Assembly: GCF_006345805.1 (NCBI RefSeq)
Contig: NW_021833917.1
Location: 1 to 62,248 of the forward strand
DNA length: 62,248 nt
Reading direction: 5' to 3'
DNA from: Octopus sinensis
Taxonomy: Eukaryota
Made by a program: the position numbers and the translations under genes. The notes under the pieces are model-generated. The model was not told where the DNA came from and did no database searches. It saw only the letters and a list, made by a program, of their open reading frames with translations. This document shows, in pieces, positions 12,521-25,289 of this stretch. Position 1 is the first letter of the stretch. Each line of letters begins with the position of its first letter.

Positions 12521-12734
12521 GTGTGTGTGTATATGTAGGCGTAAAAGAAATATATTGGCGATGCCAATAAGCGCAGCCTATCCACGAAGAAACAAAAGAC
12601 ATACATTGTGTATGTGCGTTGGATATCGTTTAATCCCTCGAGCTGCTTTTAATCCATGTTTGAGCTTCGCATCGCTTTTGCTTTTAAATGACTGCACCCC
12701 AGTGGCTAGGCGAGCAGGCCAACTTTCCTTCTGA

Positions 12735-12863
12735 TCGAAAGGGGCCTGAAGCAACACGAAAATGAAGTGTCTTGCTCAAGAACATAACGTGCTGCCCGGA
12801 CTAGGGATCGATCGCAAGATCTAGCTACCGTGAGTGCAACATCCTAACCACTAAGCCATGCGC
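12735..12863 (-). mobile_element. SINE family D 5' half
   Basis: AAGTGTCTTGCTCAAGAACATAACG...CTAACCACTAAGCCATGCGCC is the reverse complement of a tRNA head plus core. Confidence 0.75.
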
Positions 12864-12888
12864 CTTCACACACACACACACACACTTA

Positions 12889-13270
12889 TGGAAGCATTCC
12901 GTCGGTTACGACGATGAGGGTTCCGGTTGATCCGATCAACGGAACAGCCTGCTCGTGAAATTAACGTGTAAGTGGCTGAGCACTCCACAGACACGTGTAC
13001 CCATAACGTAGTTCTCGGGGATATACAGCGTGACACAGAGAGTGACAAGGCCGGCCCTTTGAAATACAGGCACAACAGAAACAGGAAGTAAGAGTGAGAG
13101 AAAGTTGTGGTGAAAGAGCACAGCAGGGATCACCACCATCCCCTGCCGGAGCCTCGTGGAGCTTTAGGTGTTTTCGCTCAATAAACACTTACAACGCCCG
13201 GTCTGGGAATCGAAACCGCGATCCTACGACCGCGAGTCCGCTGCCCTAGCCACTGGGCCATTGCGCCTCC
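12889..13270 (-). mobile_element. SINE family C, full length
   Basis: Reverse complement of the copy at 35434-35815. Confidence 0.93.
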
Positions 13271-13277
13271 GAACACA

Positions 13278-13309
<32 letters not shown>

Positions 13310-13369
13310 TGGCGGTAAACAAGGCTAACAGAAACTCAGACGAATATCTGAGCACTCCATACAGTAAAC

Positions 13370-13559
13370 CCGGTGCTTTTTTTCTATGAAAATCTCCATT
13401 TTTTAACGATTTTTTGACTGCTGTGTCGCCATTTTTCAGTGTATTTCAACCAGAAAAATGTTCACTTAAGGAGAATAACAAGCTACATAATTTACTTTTC
13501 AAAAATTCCAATTCTAAAGGGTCGAAACAAACCCGAGCAGCGCCGGGCGATACTGCTAG
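13370..13559 (+). mobile_element. Helitron 3' fragment
   Basis: CCCGAGCAGCGCCGGGCGATACTGCTAG|T end; body homologous to the reverse complement of 56874-57060. Confidence 0.8.
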
Positions 13560-13885
13560 TATATATGTGTGTGTGTGGTGTGTGTGTGTGTGTGAAACCA
13601 CGTGACCAAAACACTCCAAACGTTCATCGTCAATTTCTTTAAAAATTATTCGATCATGTTCATCTGTGTTCGTTTGACTCATTCCATTCCACCATTCTCT
13701 CATTTTGTGAATACAAGACTGAGAAGATATATATATATATATATTTTTTTTTTTTTTGCAGGTCAATCCTTTAGTATCACCACAAAATTATAAGAGAGTT
13801 CTTTGAAAATAGTTTCCAGCAAAAGACGAAAATGTCCTCCGTGACAGTTCCCTTGGCTTCCTGTTATAAACGTTCCGTTCTTTAA

Positions 13886-14259
13886 TCTCTCTCTATATAA
13901 ACGGCAGTTTGTCTGTCTGTGTGTCTGTGTGTCTGTCAGGTTGTACCCTCACCCTGACCACGGCTTTCAACCGATTCTGATGAAACTTGACACACACATA
14001 GCCCAATGTCATAATTCAAAACTAACGCAGCGAAAATTTTGAAAAGTTCCCCCAGTTCTGAAAAAAATCGATAAATTCGACAAGGGGGTCGAGAATCAGA
14101 AACACAAACCACAGACCGTCTAGGGGACGCAACTCCACCTTTTTTTACTCTCAAAAAAAATTTACCATCATTTTTTTCCATTTTTTGGCTATAACTCTCT
14201 AAAAATGCTTTATAGTTATTTCCCTTACAAACCTGAGCAACGCCGGGCGATACTGCTAG
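13886..14259 (+). mobile_element. Non-autonomous Helitron
   Basis: A|TCTCTCTCTATATAAA start; hairpin plus CTAG|T end; 3' ~100 bp shared with 8656-8956. Confidence 0.88.
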
Positions 14260-14327
14260 TTTCCTATATTTCAATGATCTGTTCCGCTACCCTAATCCCA
14301 ATCCGATATTTGTTTTGTTTAAATCCA

Positions 14328-14508
14328 TTCTTTCATTCTTTCATTCTTTCATTCATGCATTCTTTCATTCTTTCATTCTTTCATTCATGCATTCTTTCAT
14401 TCATGCATTCTTTCATTCTTTCATTCTTTCATTCTTTCATTCTTTCATTCATGCATTCTTTCATTCTTTCATTCTTTCATTCATGCATTCTTTCATTCTT
14501 TCATTCGA
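14328..14508. repeat. (TTCA/TTCTTTCA) microsatellite with CATG variants
   Basis: Seen directly. Confidence 0.95.
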
Positions 14509-15197
14509 TTATTAGTTCGTTCGTTCATTCTTTTGTTCATTTGATCATATTTTCTTTTGATTAATTATTATTTTTTTTCACCCTGTAAGTCTCTAAGAAC
14601 TATATTTTTTAATTACTTTGTTCAAACAACCATGCATACTATCGTACATACATACACACATACATACACATATACACACACATACATACACACATACACA
14701 CATACATACATGACAACATACATCTATATATATATTATATATACATACATGCATACATACATACATACATACATACATCTACATACATACATCATGCATA
14801 CATAAATACCACACATTAGCATACATACATACATCATTACATACATACAACATACATACATGCATACATGCATGCATACATACATACATACATTCATATA
14901 CATACATGCATGCATGCATACATACATACATACACACACACATACATACGTACATACATACATAAATACACACATACAAACATACGGGTGAGGAGAGAGC
15001 GAAAGAGAAATGGGGAAGAGAGTATTATGTTATATATATATATATATAAATATTTGTATGTGCATGTATGTATGCATTTTCGTATGTATTTATTCATGTA
15101 TCCACACAACTTACACACTACACACGCATGCATACACAAACATATGCACACGCATACACATATTTGTATGCACGTACGTACGCATGGATTAACGAAT

Positions 15198-15235
<38 letters not shown>

Positions 15236-16419
15236 CGCACGTGCATGTATGTATCTATATATATGCACTCACAGTAATTAAAAATCTCATATGAACTAAA
15301 ATTGTATTGCTTTGTTGTGCACGCATGCAGGCGTGAATACGTACATATATACACCAATTTTCACAGACATTTATATACACACCATATACGTATAAAATAC
15401 CCATCGTGTGGTAGACACTCGTGATTAAAGAAATCCACAGCAACGATGGTCACTCGATAAGGTCTTACTCCGAATAATGGTCCCAAGATCCTGTTGTGTT
15501 CGCTGAACACTGAAGTACCGGGTTATCAATCAAACGTAACCCTTTTATATATCACCATGCAGTATACCACTTGGCTACTATCTCGGTGACAGGTTGGTAC
15601 TCTTTCTCTTACATACACATCAGACATGTCTTTCCAGAAACGTAGCTAAGGAAATAGGGAAGCCGGGAGAAGGAGAGTTGCGACCCGTGCAACGATTTTA
15701 TAGGGGCGGCACATTTGGGTCTGTTGTATAACCATGTATAAGCTTGGGAGCCCGGGTTGGTAGAGAGGAGGCAGCGAACATAAGGGCTTTCCCGGGTGGC
15801 ATAATCTCTAGCTCCGCCACTAACTCCTTTTACAACAATGTTGGATTATCAAGTATGCATTGGTAAAGAGCAACGCCTCTTTTTCCAAATACGATGTTAG
15901 ACTAATCTTGCGTTATTACACAGGTACTCCTATTTTTTTGCACACAATGTTACACTAATCTTTTATAGTCAGAATGGTACTCTTTTTTTAGAATGACATT
16001 ATCAAACTATTTTTTTGTTGTTGTTCACATACAATTCTTCCGATATCAGGTTGGTACTCCTTTTTCACACGTACACTATTAAACAAGTTTTCCATTTTGC
16101 AGACTGATACTCGTCATTTCACCACACTCTATATAAGAATACTCTTCGTTGTTAAACTGGTACTCCTCTTAACAGTAAAAAAAAATACTTCAAACACTGA
16201 TCAGTTGAGCCAGTACATTTTCAAATACTGTTGAAATATCTGAAGATACACAGTTGCTCTCGTAGGTGAGACATATAAATACGGGAAGATATATTTAAAA
16301 AGAAGAGAAAATTTTAAATGAAACCAATTGGTTAAAAACATATTTTTCCATTATGTCTCTAATATCGTATACCTTGAATACACATTTAATTTTTTTGAAA
16401 CAACATATCTTATAATATC

Positions 16420-16730
16420 ACCGTGATCACCGTAACCGACCAGGTTATCAGATGTTGCTCCACATCGCTGTTCACAATGCGTTTCGCATTGTTTTAGCCT
16501 TCAAATGACGCCACCCCGCTGGCTAAGCGAGCAGGCCAACAGAAGAAAGAGTGAGAGAAAGTTGTGGCGAAAGAGTACAGCAGGGATCGCCACCACCCCG
16601 CTGCCGGAGCCTCGTGGAGCTTTAGGTGTTTTCGCTCAATAAACACTCACAACGCCCGGTTTGGGAATCGAAACCACGATTCTACAACCGTGAGACCGCT
16701 GCCCTAACCACTGGGCCATTGCACTTCCAC
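16420..16730 (-). mobile_element. SINE family C variant with module E tail
   Basis: Family C head and body joined directly to module E at about 16545. Confidence 0.85.
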
Positions 16731-17261
16731 ATGTTATAATATAGCCACCTGTATATCACGCTAAAAGCAGATAAATTGCGAAAAGGCAGATTAACTGCAG
16801 TATTCGCCCGGATATAATATCTCTCGCACACGTACAGTGTTTAAAAGTAGTAGCAGATGTAAATCGTCCGGCAGCAGCGGTGAGAATGTTAACTGTGAAG
16901 TTTCTGCTTCGTTGACCTTTGTCAGTAGCATGTACCTACTGCCAACCGCATGCTTAGACAAAATCTGTCGCTGACCATCAGAGATGTTCTATCCGGATGT
17001 CAATTAGCCTTTTCGTGATGTATCTGCATTGAGTATGATACACATATGACCACTTTAATGTAAGACAGCTTCTGTTGCTTATAAGGGATGTTGTAATATA
17101 TTACTCATATAAACACCTTTTAAAACTGTAAATATATATCTTTTAAGACCGTTTTTTCTTATTTTTTTCCTTAAATATTTCAAATTTCGATATAATGGCA
17201 TACAATAATGGGATTTTCGTTATTTAAAAATGTTCGTTTGACCTACAAGAAATACCTATTT

Positions 17262-17458
17262 CTTTACTACCTACAAGGGGCTAAACACAGAGGGGACAAA
17301 CAAGGACAGACAAACGGATTAAGTCGATTACATCGACCCCAGTGCGTAAATGGTACTTAATTTATCGACCCCGAAAGGACGAAAGGCAAAGTCGACCTCG
17401 GCGGAATTTGAACTCAGAACGTAACGGCAGACGAAATACGGCTACGCATTTCGCCCGC
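17262..17458 (-). mobile_element. SINE family B
   Basis: Reverse complement of the family B body and tail. Confidence 0.9.
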
Positions 17459-18025
17459 CTTTTCCATCAAATCATATCCTCTATCGTCTTAGAAAAAGAC
17501 ATTTTCGACAGTATGGCCCAGTGTACTCAACACAAAGAAAAAAAAAACTGGATGGTCATCGGCTAGCATATTTTGGATCACAGATCTTAAGAACCCGGGG
17601 CTAAATAACCGCCATCACAGCAATAACTGCTACGGGTTCATAGACGTGATTTCTTCTCTCACTGTCACATCAGCTGTTACTACAACGACCACTAATCCGC
17701 TGCGCTAAGAAGCTGTGTACGACAACCACCGGTTAAGCTTAATCAATGTACTCACCTCACGCTAACTTGTCAACCCCTGCTGTGTCTTAATCTACATGAT
17801 AACACCACTTTCTCTAATCATTCCTCGCCAGATCCTCATCGCCTCTCTCTCATTAAGTTCATCCTTTCTAATGTTCATCCTAGATGCAGATATTTATCTG
17901 CGAATAGAAATAGATGTATAGAGCCAGATACGAGATTAAATGATCTTTATCTCTCACTGGATGGAGAACTTTTTGTTGATCTCACCTTAACGGAACAGCA
18001 ACCTATATCTATCTATCTATCTATC

Positions 18026-18082
<57 letters not shown>

Positions 18083-18329
18083 TTGTTTATCTATCTATCA
18101 GCCAGCCTACCTAACTGTCTATCTATCTTCTTTCTTTCCATTTACGATCCCTTTTGATCGAAAACCAAACCCCTTCTTTTACCCCCCAAAGAAAAGCTCT
18201 ACCTTGTAATTTTGTCCTGTCTCTGTGCAGCCCTGTGTGGCTAATAAAGAAACATATCTATCTATTTATCAATCTATCCGTCTGTCTGTCAGCCTGCCTG
18301 TCTATCTATCTAATTGTCTGCCAGCCTGC

Positions 18330-18361
<32 letters not shown>

Positions 18362-18438
18362 ATGCATGTATGTGTATGTGTATGTGTGTGTGTGTGTGTG
18401 TGTGCACGCGTGCGCGCGCGTGTATACATGTATGTATG

Positions 18439-18703
18439 CAGGGCCAGATTAAGCCCCATCGAGGTCCTAAGCACTTAAAAGATTTTGGTGCCCTCATATA
18501 TTTGTAATTCAACATATGAAAAACTAATAAACCATGAAATAAATTTTTTTCCGTTCATACAAACCGCTTCGAATATTATTTTAGCAAGTTCTAAGTGATT
18601 TCTTTTGTATCGTAAACCATTTACTATTTCTGTGGTGCCCCCATTTCCCTTGATTCTATAAGCACGTGCTTATTTTTCTTAATGGTTAGTTAATCCAGCG
18701 CAG
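18439..18703. mobile_element. Degenerate MITE, possibly hAT-like
   Basis: CAGGGCCAGATTAA start and TTAATCCAGCGCAG end form imperfect TIRs; no TSD seen. Confidence 0.4.
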
Positions 18704-18959
18704 CGTGTATCAATACATGACTCTTTCAATCCAAAGACCAGTGATATAAAAATAAGGAAATGAATATATATGCTAGATTATTAAATATACTTATTAGATA
18801 TGCGTGTATGTATGTTTGGGATATATGTGTGTGTGAGTGTGCGTGTCTATGTATGTGTGTGTATGTGTGTGTGTGTGTGCACGCGTGCAATGTTTATCAT
18901 CTTAATATACAAAGCGCCAAGTCTCGTGTCAAGTATTTTGTTGGTAGTTTCTCTCTCCG

Positions 18960-19003
<44 letters not shown>

Positions 19004-19059
19004 ATACTGGCAGGAGAAGCAGTATTTGTAATGAGAGGAGTTTGTGATGAGAGAAAAAA

Positions 19060-19100
<41 letters not shown>

Positions 19101-19102
19101 CG

Positions 19103-19205
19103 GAGAGAGAGAAACAGACAGCCAGATGGGAAAATGGTGGAAAAGAGAGAGACTGATAGCCACACAGACAGACAGACCCAGAAAGAGAGAAAAAGAGAAA
19201 GAGAT

Positions 19206-19254
<49 letters not shown>

Positions 19255-19405
19255 AGGGAGAGAGAGGGGGCCTGAAAGAGAGAGAGAAACAGACAGCCAG
19301 GTGAAAAAATGGTGGAAAAGAGAGAGATTGATAGCCAGACAAACAGACAGACCCAGAATGAGAGAAAAAGAGAAAGAGACAAAGAAAGAGAGAGAGAGAG
19401 AGGGA
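19103..19405. repeat. GA-rich direct duplication, period about 178 bp
   Basis: GAAACAGACAGCCAG..AAAATGGTGGAAAAGAGAGAGA occurs twice. Confidence 0.85.
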
Positions 19406-19800
19406 GAAAGAGAGAGAAAGAAAGAAAGAGAAAGAGAGAGAAAGAAACACAGAGAGAGAAAAATTCGGGTATGATACTGTTGTGTGGACGCCCCCAGACG
19501 ATGAAGTAGGCTAGCCCAATACGTAGATATAGAGGGAGAAGTCTAGACGTCGAGGAGTCAGGAGTTGAGTAGCGGCGAGTAGAGTAGAGTTGAGGAGAGG
19601 TCATCTGAACGTACGACATAACAGATACCGGAATAAGGGCGGGAATGCTGGAAAATGGGGAGATTAGGTGAAGGTACAGTTTTTTTTTTTTTCTGAGAGA
19701 AACCTAAGAACGGAGAAGTAAACACAGACTTGTTTATCTCGTAAATATCTAAACACAAACACAGAACGTTTGCGAAAAATACTGAAGTATTTTGGGGAAT

Positions 19801-20545
19801 CCAGAGGAATAATGAAGGAAAGTTTTCAGAGAGGAAAAACAATAAAAATATTTGAAAGTAGACAGAACGTAAGTAGCTTGTTTACCAACCACATGGTTCT
19901 GGGTTCAGTCCCACAGCGTGGCACCTTGGGCAAGTGTCTTCTACTATAGCCTCGGGCCAACCAAAGCCTTGTGAGTGGATTTGGTAGACGGAAATTGAAA
20001 GAATCCCGTCGTATATATGTATATGTGTATATATGTTTGCGTGTCTGTGTTTGTCCCCCCAGCATCGCTTGACAACCGATGGGGGTGTGTTTACGTCCCC
20101 GTAACTTAGCGGTTCAGCAAAAGTGACCGATAGAATAAGTACTAGGTTTCCAGAGGAATAATGAAGGAAAGTTTTCAGAGAGGAAAAACAATAAAAATAT
20201 TTGAAAGTAGACAGAACGTAAGTAGCTTGCTTACCAACCACATGGTTCTGGGTTCAGTCCCACTGCGTGGCACCTTGGGCAAGTGTCTTCTACTATAGCC
20301 TCGGGCCGACCAAAGCCTTGTGAGTGGATTTGGTAGACGGAAACTGAAAGAAGCCCGTCGTATATATGTATGTCTGTGTATGTGTGTGTGTGTGTATGTG
20401 TATATATATAAATGTGTGTGTGTATATGTTTCTGTGTCTGTATTTGTCCCCCCACCCACTGCATGGCTTGACGACTGATGGTGGTATGTTTACGTCCCCG
20501 TAACTTAGCAGTTCGGCAAAAGTGACCGATAGAATAAGTACTAGG
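19801..20545 (+). repeat. Tandem duplication (offset 349 bp) of unique flank plus 5'-truncated SINE A
   Basis: CCAGAGGAATAATGAAGG starts at 19801 and 20150; the same flank/SINE junction appears in both copies. Confidence 0.9.
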
Positions 20546-20645
20546 GTTACAAAGAAGTCCTGGGGTCGATTTGCTCGACTAAAGGCGGTGCTCCAGCATA
20601 GCCGCAGTCAAATGATAGAAACAAGTAAAACAGTAAAAAGAGTAA
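20218..20645 (+). mobile_element. SINE family A, 5' truncated
   Basis: Colinear with other family A copies. Confidence 0.9.
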
Positions 20646-20726
20646 TGCTTGATGCAAAAATATGAATAATTATTGAAAATGGCACAACTAGACCCTTCGT
20701 TAATAACTGGTACTACAAAAACATAT

Positions 20727-21057
20727 GGCACTTTGGACAAGTGTCTTCTACTATAGCCTCAGGTCGACCAAAGTCTTGTGAGTGAACTTAGTAGAAGGAA
20801 ACTGAAAGAAGCCCGTCGTATATATTCATGTGTGTGCGTGCCTGTGCTCCCCACCCCCGGCCATCGCTTGACAACCGATGCTAGTGTGTTTATGTCTCCG
20901 TCGTACATTAGCGGTTCGACAAAAGTGACGATAGAATAAGTACTAGGCTTACAAAGAATAAGCCCTGAAGTCCAGTTCTTCGGCTAAAATCCTTTAAGGC
21001 GGTACTCCAGCATGGCCACAGTCAAATGATTGAAACAAGTAAAAGAATAAAAGAGTG
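20727..21057 (+). mobile_element. SINE family A, head missing
   Basis: From GGCACTTTGGACAAGTGTC through the CCAGCATGGCC tail. Confidence 0.85.
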
Positions 21058-21104
21058 AAAGGATACAAGAATGGGTTGCGGAAAATATAGGAGGGTCAAT
21101 TAAT

Positions 21105-21264
21105 TAGGATTTTTATTGAACATATTCCCCTCTCAGGGTCACAGACTTAATCCAGCGGTCCTTCAGTTTTTCTAAACCCTGTAAAAGAACTTGGAAGGGT
21201 TGGGCCTTCATCCAGGTCTTTCGAGACACACTTAGTGCCGTGAACTTTTCAGCATCCCCTCGTA
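21105..21264 (-). mobile_element. Mariner-derived deletion element: one TIR plus transposase C-terminus
   Basis: TA-CGAGGGGATGCTGAAAAGTT terminus; translation GLEKLKDRWIKSVTLRGEYVQ* resembles mariner C-termini. Confidence 0.65.
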
Positions 21265-21267
21265 TAC

Positions 21268-21298
<31 letters not shown>

Positions 21299-21913
21299 CA
21301 TACATACATACACACATACGTACGTACATACGTACATACACACACACACACACATACATACATACATACATACACACACACATACATGCATACATACATA
21401 CATACATACATGCATACATACATACATGCATACATACATACATGCTTACATACATTCATACATACATACATGCATACATGCATGCATACATACATGCATC
21501 CATACATACATACATACATGCATACATACATACATACACACACACACACAACACACACACATACGCACACACACACACGGAGAAAAAGTGAGATCTAATG
21601 GATGTCATCCTCCGATAAAGCCATTGTACAGTGTCTTCATGTTGCTGGACAATGTGGTGTATTTGTTATCTGGGTCGATACATATCATTTTCGAACGGAT
21701 AATGCAAACGCACATGCGCGTGCACACACACACACACACACACGCATACACACACAGAGGCATTCACACACACACATGTATATATGAATATGCGTGTGTG
21801 TATATGTGTGTGCGTGCGCATTATTGGCAAGCACACACATTTATATATCTAACATATATCTAAACACATACAAAGAATATTTGAGAAAAATACTGAAGTA
21901 TTTGAGGGATTGT

Positions 21914-22046
21914 GGAAGCGCAATGGCCCAGTAGTTAGGGCAACGGACTCGCGGTCGGAGGATCGCGGTTTCGATTCCCAGACCGGGCGTTGTGTGTGTT
22001 TATTGAGCGAAAACACCTAAGAGCTCCACGAGGCTCCGGCAGGGAA
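21914..22046 (+). mobile_element. SINE family C head, cut by a SINE B
   Basis: GGAAGCGCAATGGCCCAGTAGTTAGG...GGTTTCGATTCCCAGACCGGGC. Confidence 0.85.
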
Positions 22047-22059
22047 TGGTAATAGCGTT

Positions 22060-22297
22060 TAAGGGCGGCGAGCTGGCAGAAACGTTAGCACGCCGGGCGA
22101 AATGCGTAGCCGTATTTCGTCTGCCGTTACGTTCTGAGTTCAAATTCCGCCGAGGGCGACTTTGCCTTTCATCCTTTCGGGGTCGATTAAATAAGTACCA
22201 GTTACGCACTGGGGTCGATATAATCGACTTAATCCGTTTGTCTGTCCTTGTTTGTCCTCTCTGTGTTTAGCCCCTTGTGGGTAGTAAAGAAATAGGT
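22060..22297 (+). mobile_element. SINE family B, full length
   Basis: Complete head to GTAGTAAAGAAATAGG tail. Confidence 0.93.
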
Positions 22298-22849
22298 AAT
22301 AGCGTTTAAGAGTGCCATTTGGTATTTATCCCAAAGTTATTGTTATTGAAAAGCAAAATCAATTCCGCCGAGGTCGACTTTGCCTTTCATCGTTCAGGGT
22401 CAATAAATTCAGTACCAGTGAAATACTGGGTCGATGTGATCGACTAGTCCCCTCCCCACAAATTTCAGCCTTGTGCCTTTAGTAGAAAGATTAGCCCGTT
22501 GGAAAAGGAAAGAATCCTAACATCAGGTTACAACAAGTTGCCTTAGATGCCAAGAAACCTGCTATCGGGTTACAGCAAGTAACCTTAGATGCCAAGAACC
22601 CTCCGAAGTATCCCAGCTGTCCCTAATAACACTGTTTTCAGCAGCTATACTAAACTGGGTTTTATGCTTATTTGCTCTATCCATCTGTTCAGATCTTTAG
22701 GGATAGTTCCCCATGTACCTAAAACTACTGGGGTATATTTTTCCCCGCACTTTTCATAGTCTCTGTAATTCGATAGCTAAGTCTTGGCACTTTATTATTA
22801 TTATTATTATTAAGGGCTGCGAGTAGAAAAAATATATTGAGTCACTTAA

Positions 22850-23112
22850 AGCGGCGAGCTGGCAGAATCGTTAGCACGCCGGGCGAAATGCTTAGCAGTA
22901 TTTCGTCTGTCTTAACGTTCTGAGTTCAAATTCCACCCAGGTCGACTTTGCCTTTCATCCCTTCGGGGTCCGTAACTTAGCGGTTCGGCAAAAGAGACTG
23001 GTAGAATAAGTACTAGGCTTACAAAGAATAAGTACTGGGGACGATTTGCTCGACTAAAGGCGGTGCTCCAGCATGGCCGCAGTCAAATGACAGAAACAAA
23101 TAGAAGATAAAA
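22850..23112 (+). mobile_element. Chimeric SINE: family B head fused to family A tail
   Basis: Junction CCCTTCGGGGTC|CGTAACTTAGCGG at about 22970. Confidence 0.85.
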
Positions 23113-23694
23113 AAGATGAAAGATAAAAATTATTATTGTTGTTGTTGTTGTTGCAAGCAGGTAAATAAATCTTGAGAAATGCTTTTATTGTTGCTTTATT
23201 TTTTAGACTGGTAGGGGAGTTCACCGAGTTTTTTTTTCTTTTTTTCTGTTTAACGTTTAATCAGGGAAGTAGAGCAGCGCTTATAAAACTTAATTTTTTT
23301 CCCCAAGGTTTCCGAGACTGTTGGTAGCAAGGGAGAAAGTTATCCTTAAACCAGAGATTTAGACCGAACGCCTGCGGCAGAATGAACAGAGCTAGACAGG
23401 CAAGGACCAGGTGGTGTTGTTAAAACGGGAGATGGATTAAGATTAAGCTTACCACCTAGAGAGGAGAGAGAGAGAGAGAGAGATTCAGAATGCAGAAAAA
23501 ATATTCTCCGCAAGGTTTCTCGTTCAATGCTCGAAATATCCCGCTAATCCATTATCCTTGATTGGTGTTTCATTTCCTCAATCCGCGAAAGGACGAACTG
23601 CAAAATCGATATTTATGAGATTTGAACTCGGAGCACATACTATCGGAGTGTATACTACAAGCATTTTTCTTCCGACAATTTTCCAGAATTTGAA

Positions 23695-23704
23695 TATGAC
23701 AATA

Positions 23705-23754
<50 letters not shown>

Positions 23755-23912
23755 TATTGTCAGTTTTCGTCTACCAAATCCACTCACAAGGCTTTGGTCG
23801 GCCCGTGGTTATACTAGAAGACACTTGCGCAAGGTGCCACGCAGTGAGACTGAATCCGAAACCATGTGGTTGGTAAGCAAACTACTTACCACACAACAGC
23901 CACTCATGCGCC
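23695..23912 (-). mobile_element. SINE family A 5' half
   Basis: Reverse complement of the family A head and body. Confidence 0.85.
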
Positions 23913-23931
23913 TATTACTATATATATATAT

Positions 23932-24214
23932 CGTAGGGTCGCGAGTTCGATTCCCGACGGTGCGTTGTGTCCTTGAGCAAAGACACTTTATTTCACTGTG
24001 CTCTCGTCCACACACCTGGCAAAAATGAGTAGTACCTGTATTTCAAGGGGCCAACCTTGTCACACTCTGTGTCACGTTGAATCTCCCTGAAAACTACGTC
24101 ATGGGTATGCGTGTCAATGGAGTGCTCAGCCACTTGCACATTAATCTCACGAGCAAGCTGTTCCGTTGATCGGATTAACTGGAACCCTCGTCGTCGTAAG
24201 CGACGGAGTACCAG
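23932..24214 (+). mobile_element. SINE with a D-like core and a C-type tail
   Basis: GTGTCCTTGAGCAAAGACACTTTATTTCAC followed by the family C tail GGAGTGCTCAGCCACTTGCAC...GTCGTCGTAA. Confidence 0.75.
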
Positions 24215-24384
24215 TATATAGGAGGTAGCAGGCTAAGTTTTAAATGACTTGACGACAGAGGTGGTGGAGTTCATGGAAGGATTTAAGGGGAATATGAAGA
24301 ACAAAAACAACAGAAAATGCAAGTGAGAGGTGTCAACAGTCTCAGTTGACTGGCGAAGGTGGTGGTGGAGAGAATCGAAGCTGT

Positions 24385-24510
24385 TTTTTCAGAGATAGTT
24401 TGGTTTAGCAACCACGTGGTCACGGGTTCGGTTGCAAGGCGTGGCAGCTTGACCAAATACGTTCTATTGTAGTTTCGAGTCAACTAATGCTTTGTGAATG
24501 AAACTCATTG

Positions 24511-24542
<32 letters not shown>

Positions 24543-24760
24543 TGTATGTATGTATGTATGTATGTATGGTGTGTGTGTATGTATGAATGTATGTAAATTG
24601 TGCTTGTGTCTGTGTTTATTTTGTTTATGTTTGTAACTTAGCGGTTTGACAAATAGGCATGATAAAATAAGTACGGGACTTAGAGCACTACGATCGAATA
24701 AACGGCGAAGGTAGTACCCCAGCATGGCCGTAGTTTAATGACGGAAAACAGCAAATGGAA
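24385..24760 (+). mobile_element. SINE family A, degenerate
   Basis: Recognisable head, (TATG)n and CCCAGCATGGCC tail. Confidence 0.7.
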
Positions 24761-24811
24761 AAAAAAGAATTGCGTGTGTGCGTATGCATGTATATAATGC
24801 ATGTATATATT

Positions 24812-25223
24812 CTTTTATTCTTTTATATGTTTCAGTCATTGACTGCGGCCATGCTGGAGCACCGCCTTTAGTCGAGCAAATCGACCCCAGGACTTATTCT
24901 TTGTAAGTCTAGTACTTATTCTATCGTTCTCCTTGGCTGAACCGCTAAGTTACGGGGACGTAAACACACCAGCGTCGGTTGTCAAGCGATGTTGCGGGGA
25001 CAAACACAGACACATAAGCACACACACACACATGCACACACACATAAACACACATATACATATATACAACGGGCTTCTTTCAGTTTCCGTCTACCAAATC
25101 CACTCACAAGGCTTTGGTCGACTCGAGGCTATAGCAGAAGACACTTGCCCAAGGTGCCACGCAGTGGGACTGAACCCGAAACCATGTGGTTCGTAAGCAA
25201 GCTTCTTACCACATAGCCACTCC
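24812..25223 (-). mobile_element. SINE family A, near full length
   Basis: Reverse complement of family A. Confidence 0.92.
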
Positions 25224-25289
25224 TCATTAAAAAATATTTTTCTTCTGTAAATAGCATCCACTGTTGAAAATAAAATTCCTACGAGAATA

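Noticed and set aside
16240-16290. CTGAAGA...GAGACATAT hammerhead-like string
   Set aside because: GAAA absent and stems not convincing.
17342-17566. Recurrent small ORFs such as MRKWYLIYRPRKDERQSRPRRNLNSER and TRLWSARGYSRRHLPKVPRSGTEP
   Set aside because: These are frames of SINE B and SINE A; they recur because the SINEs recur.
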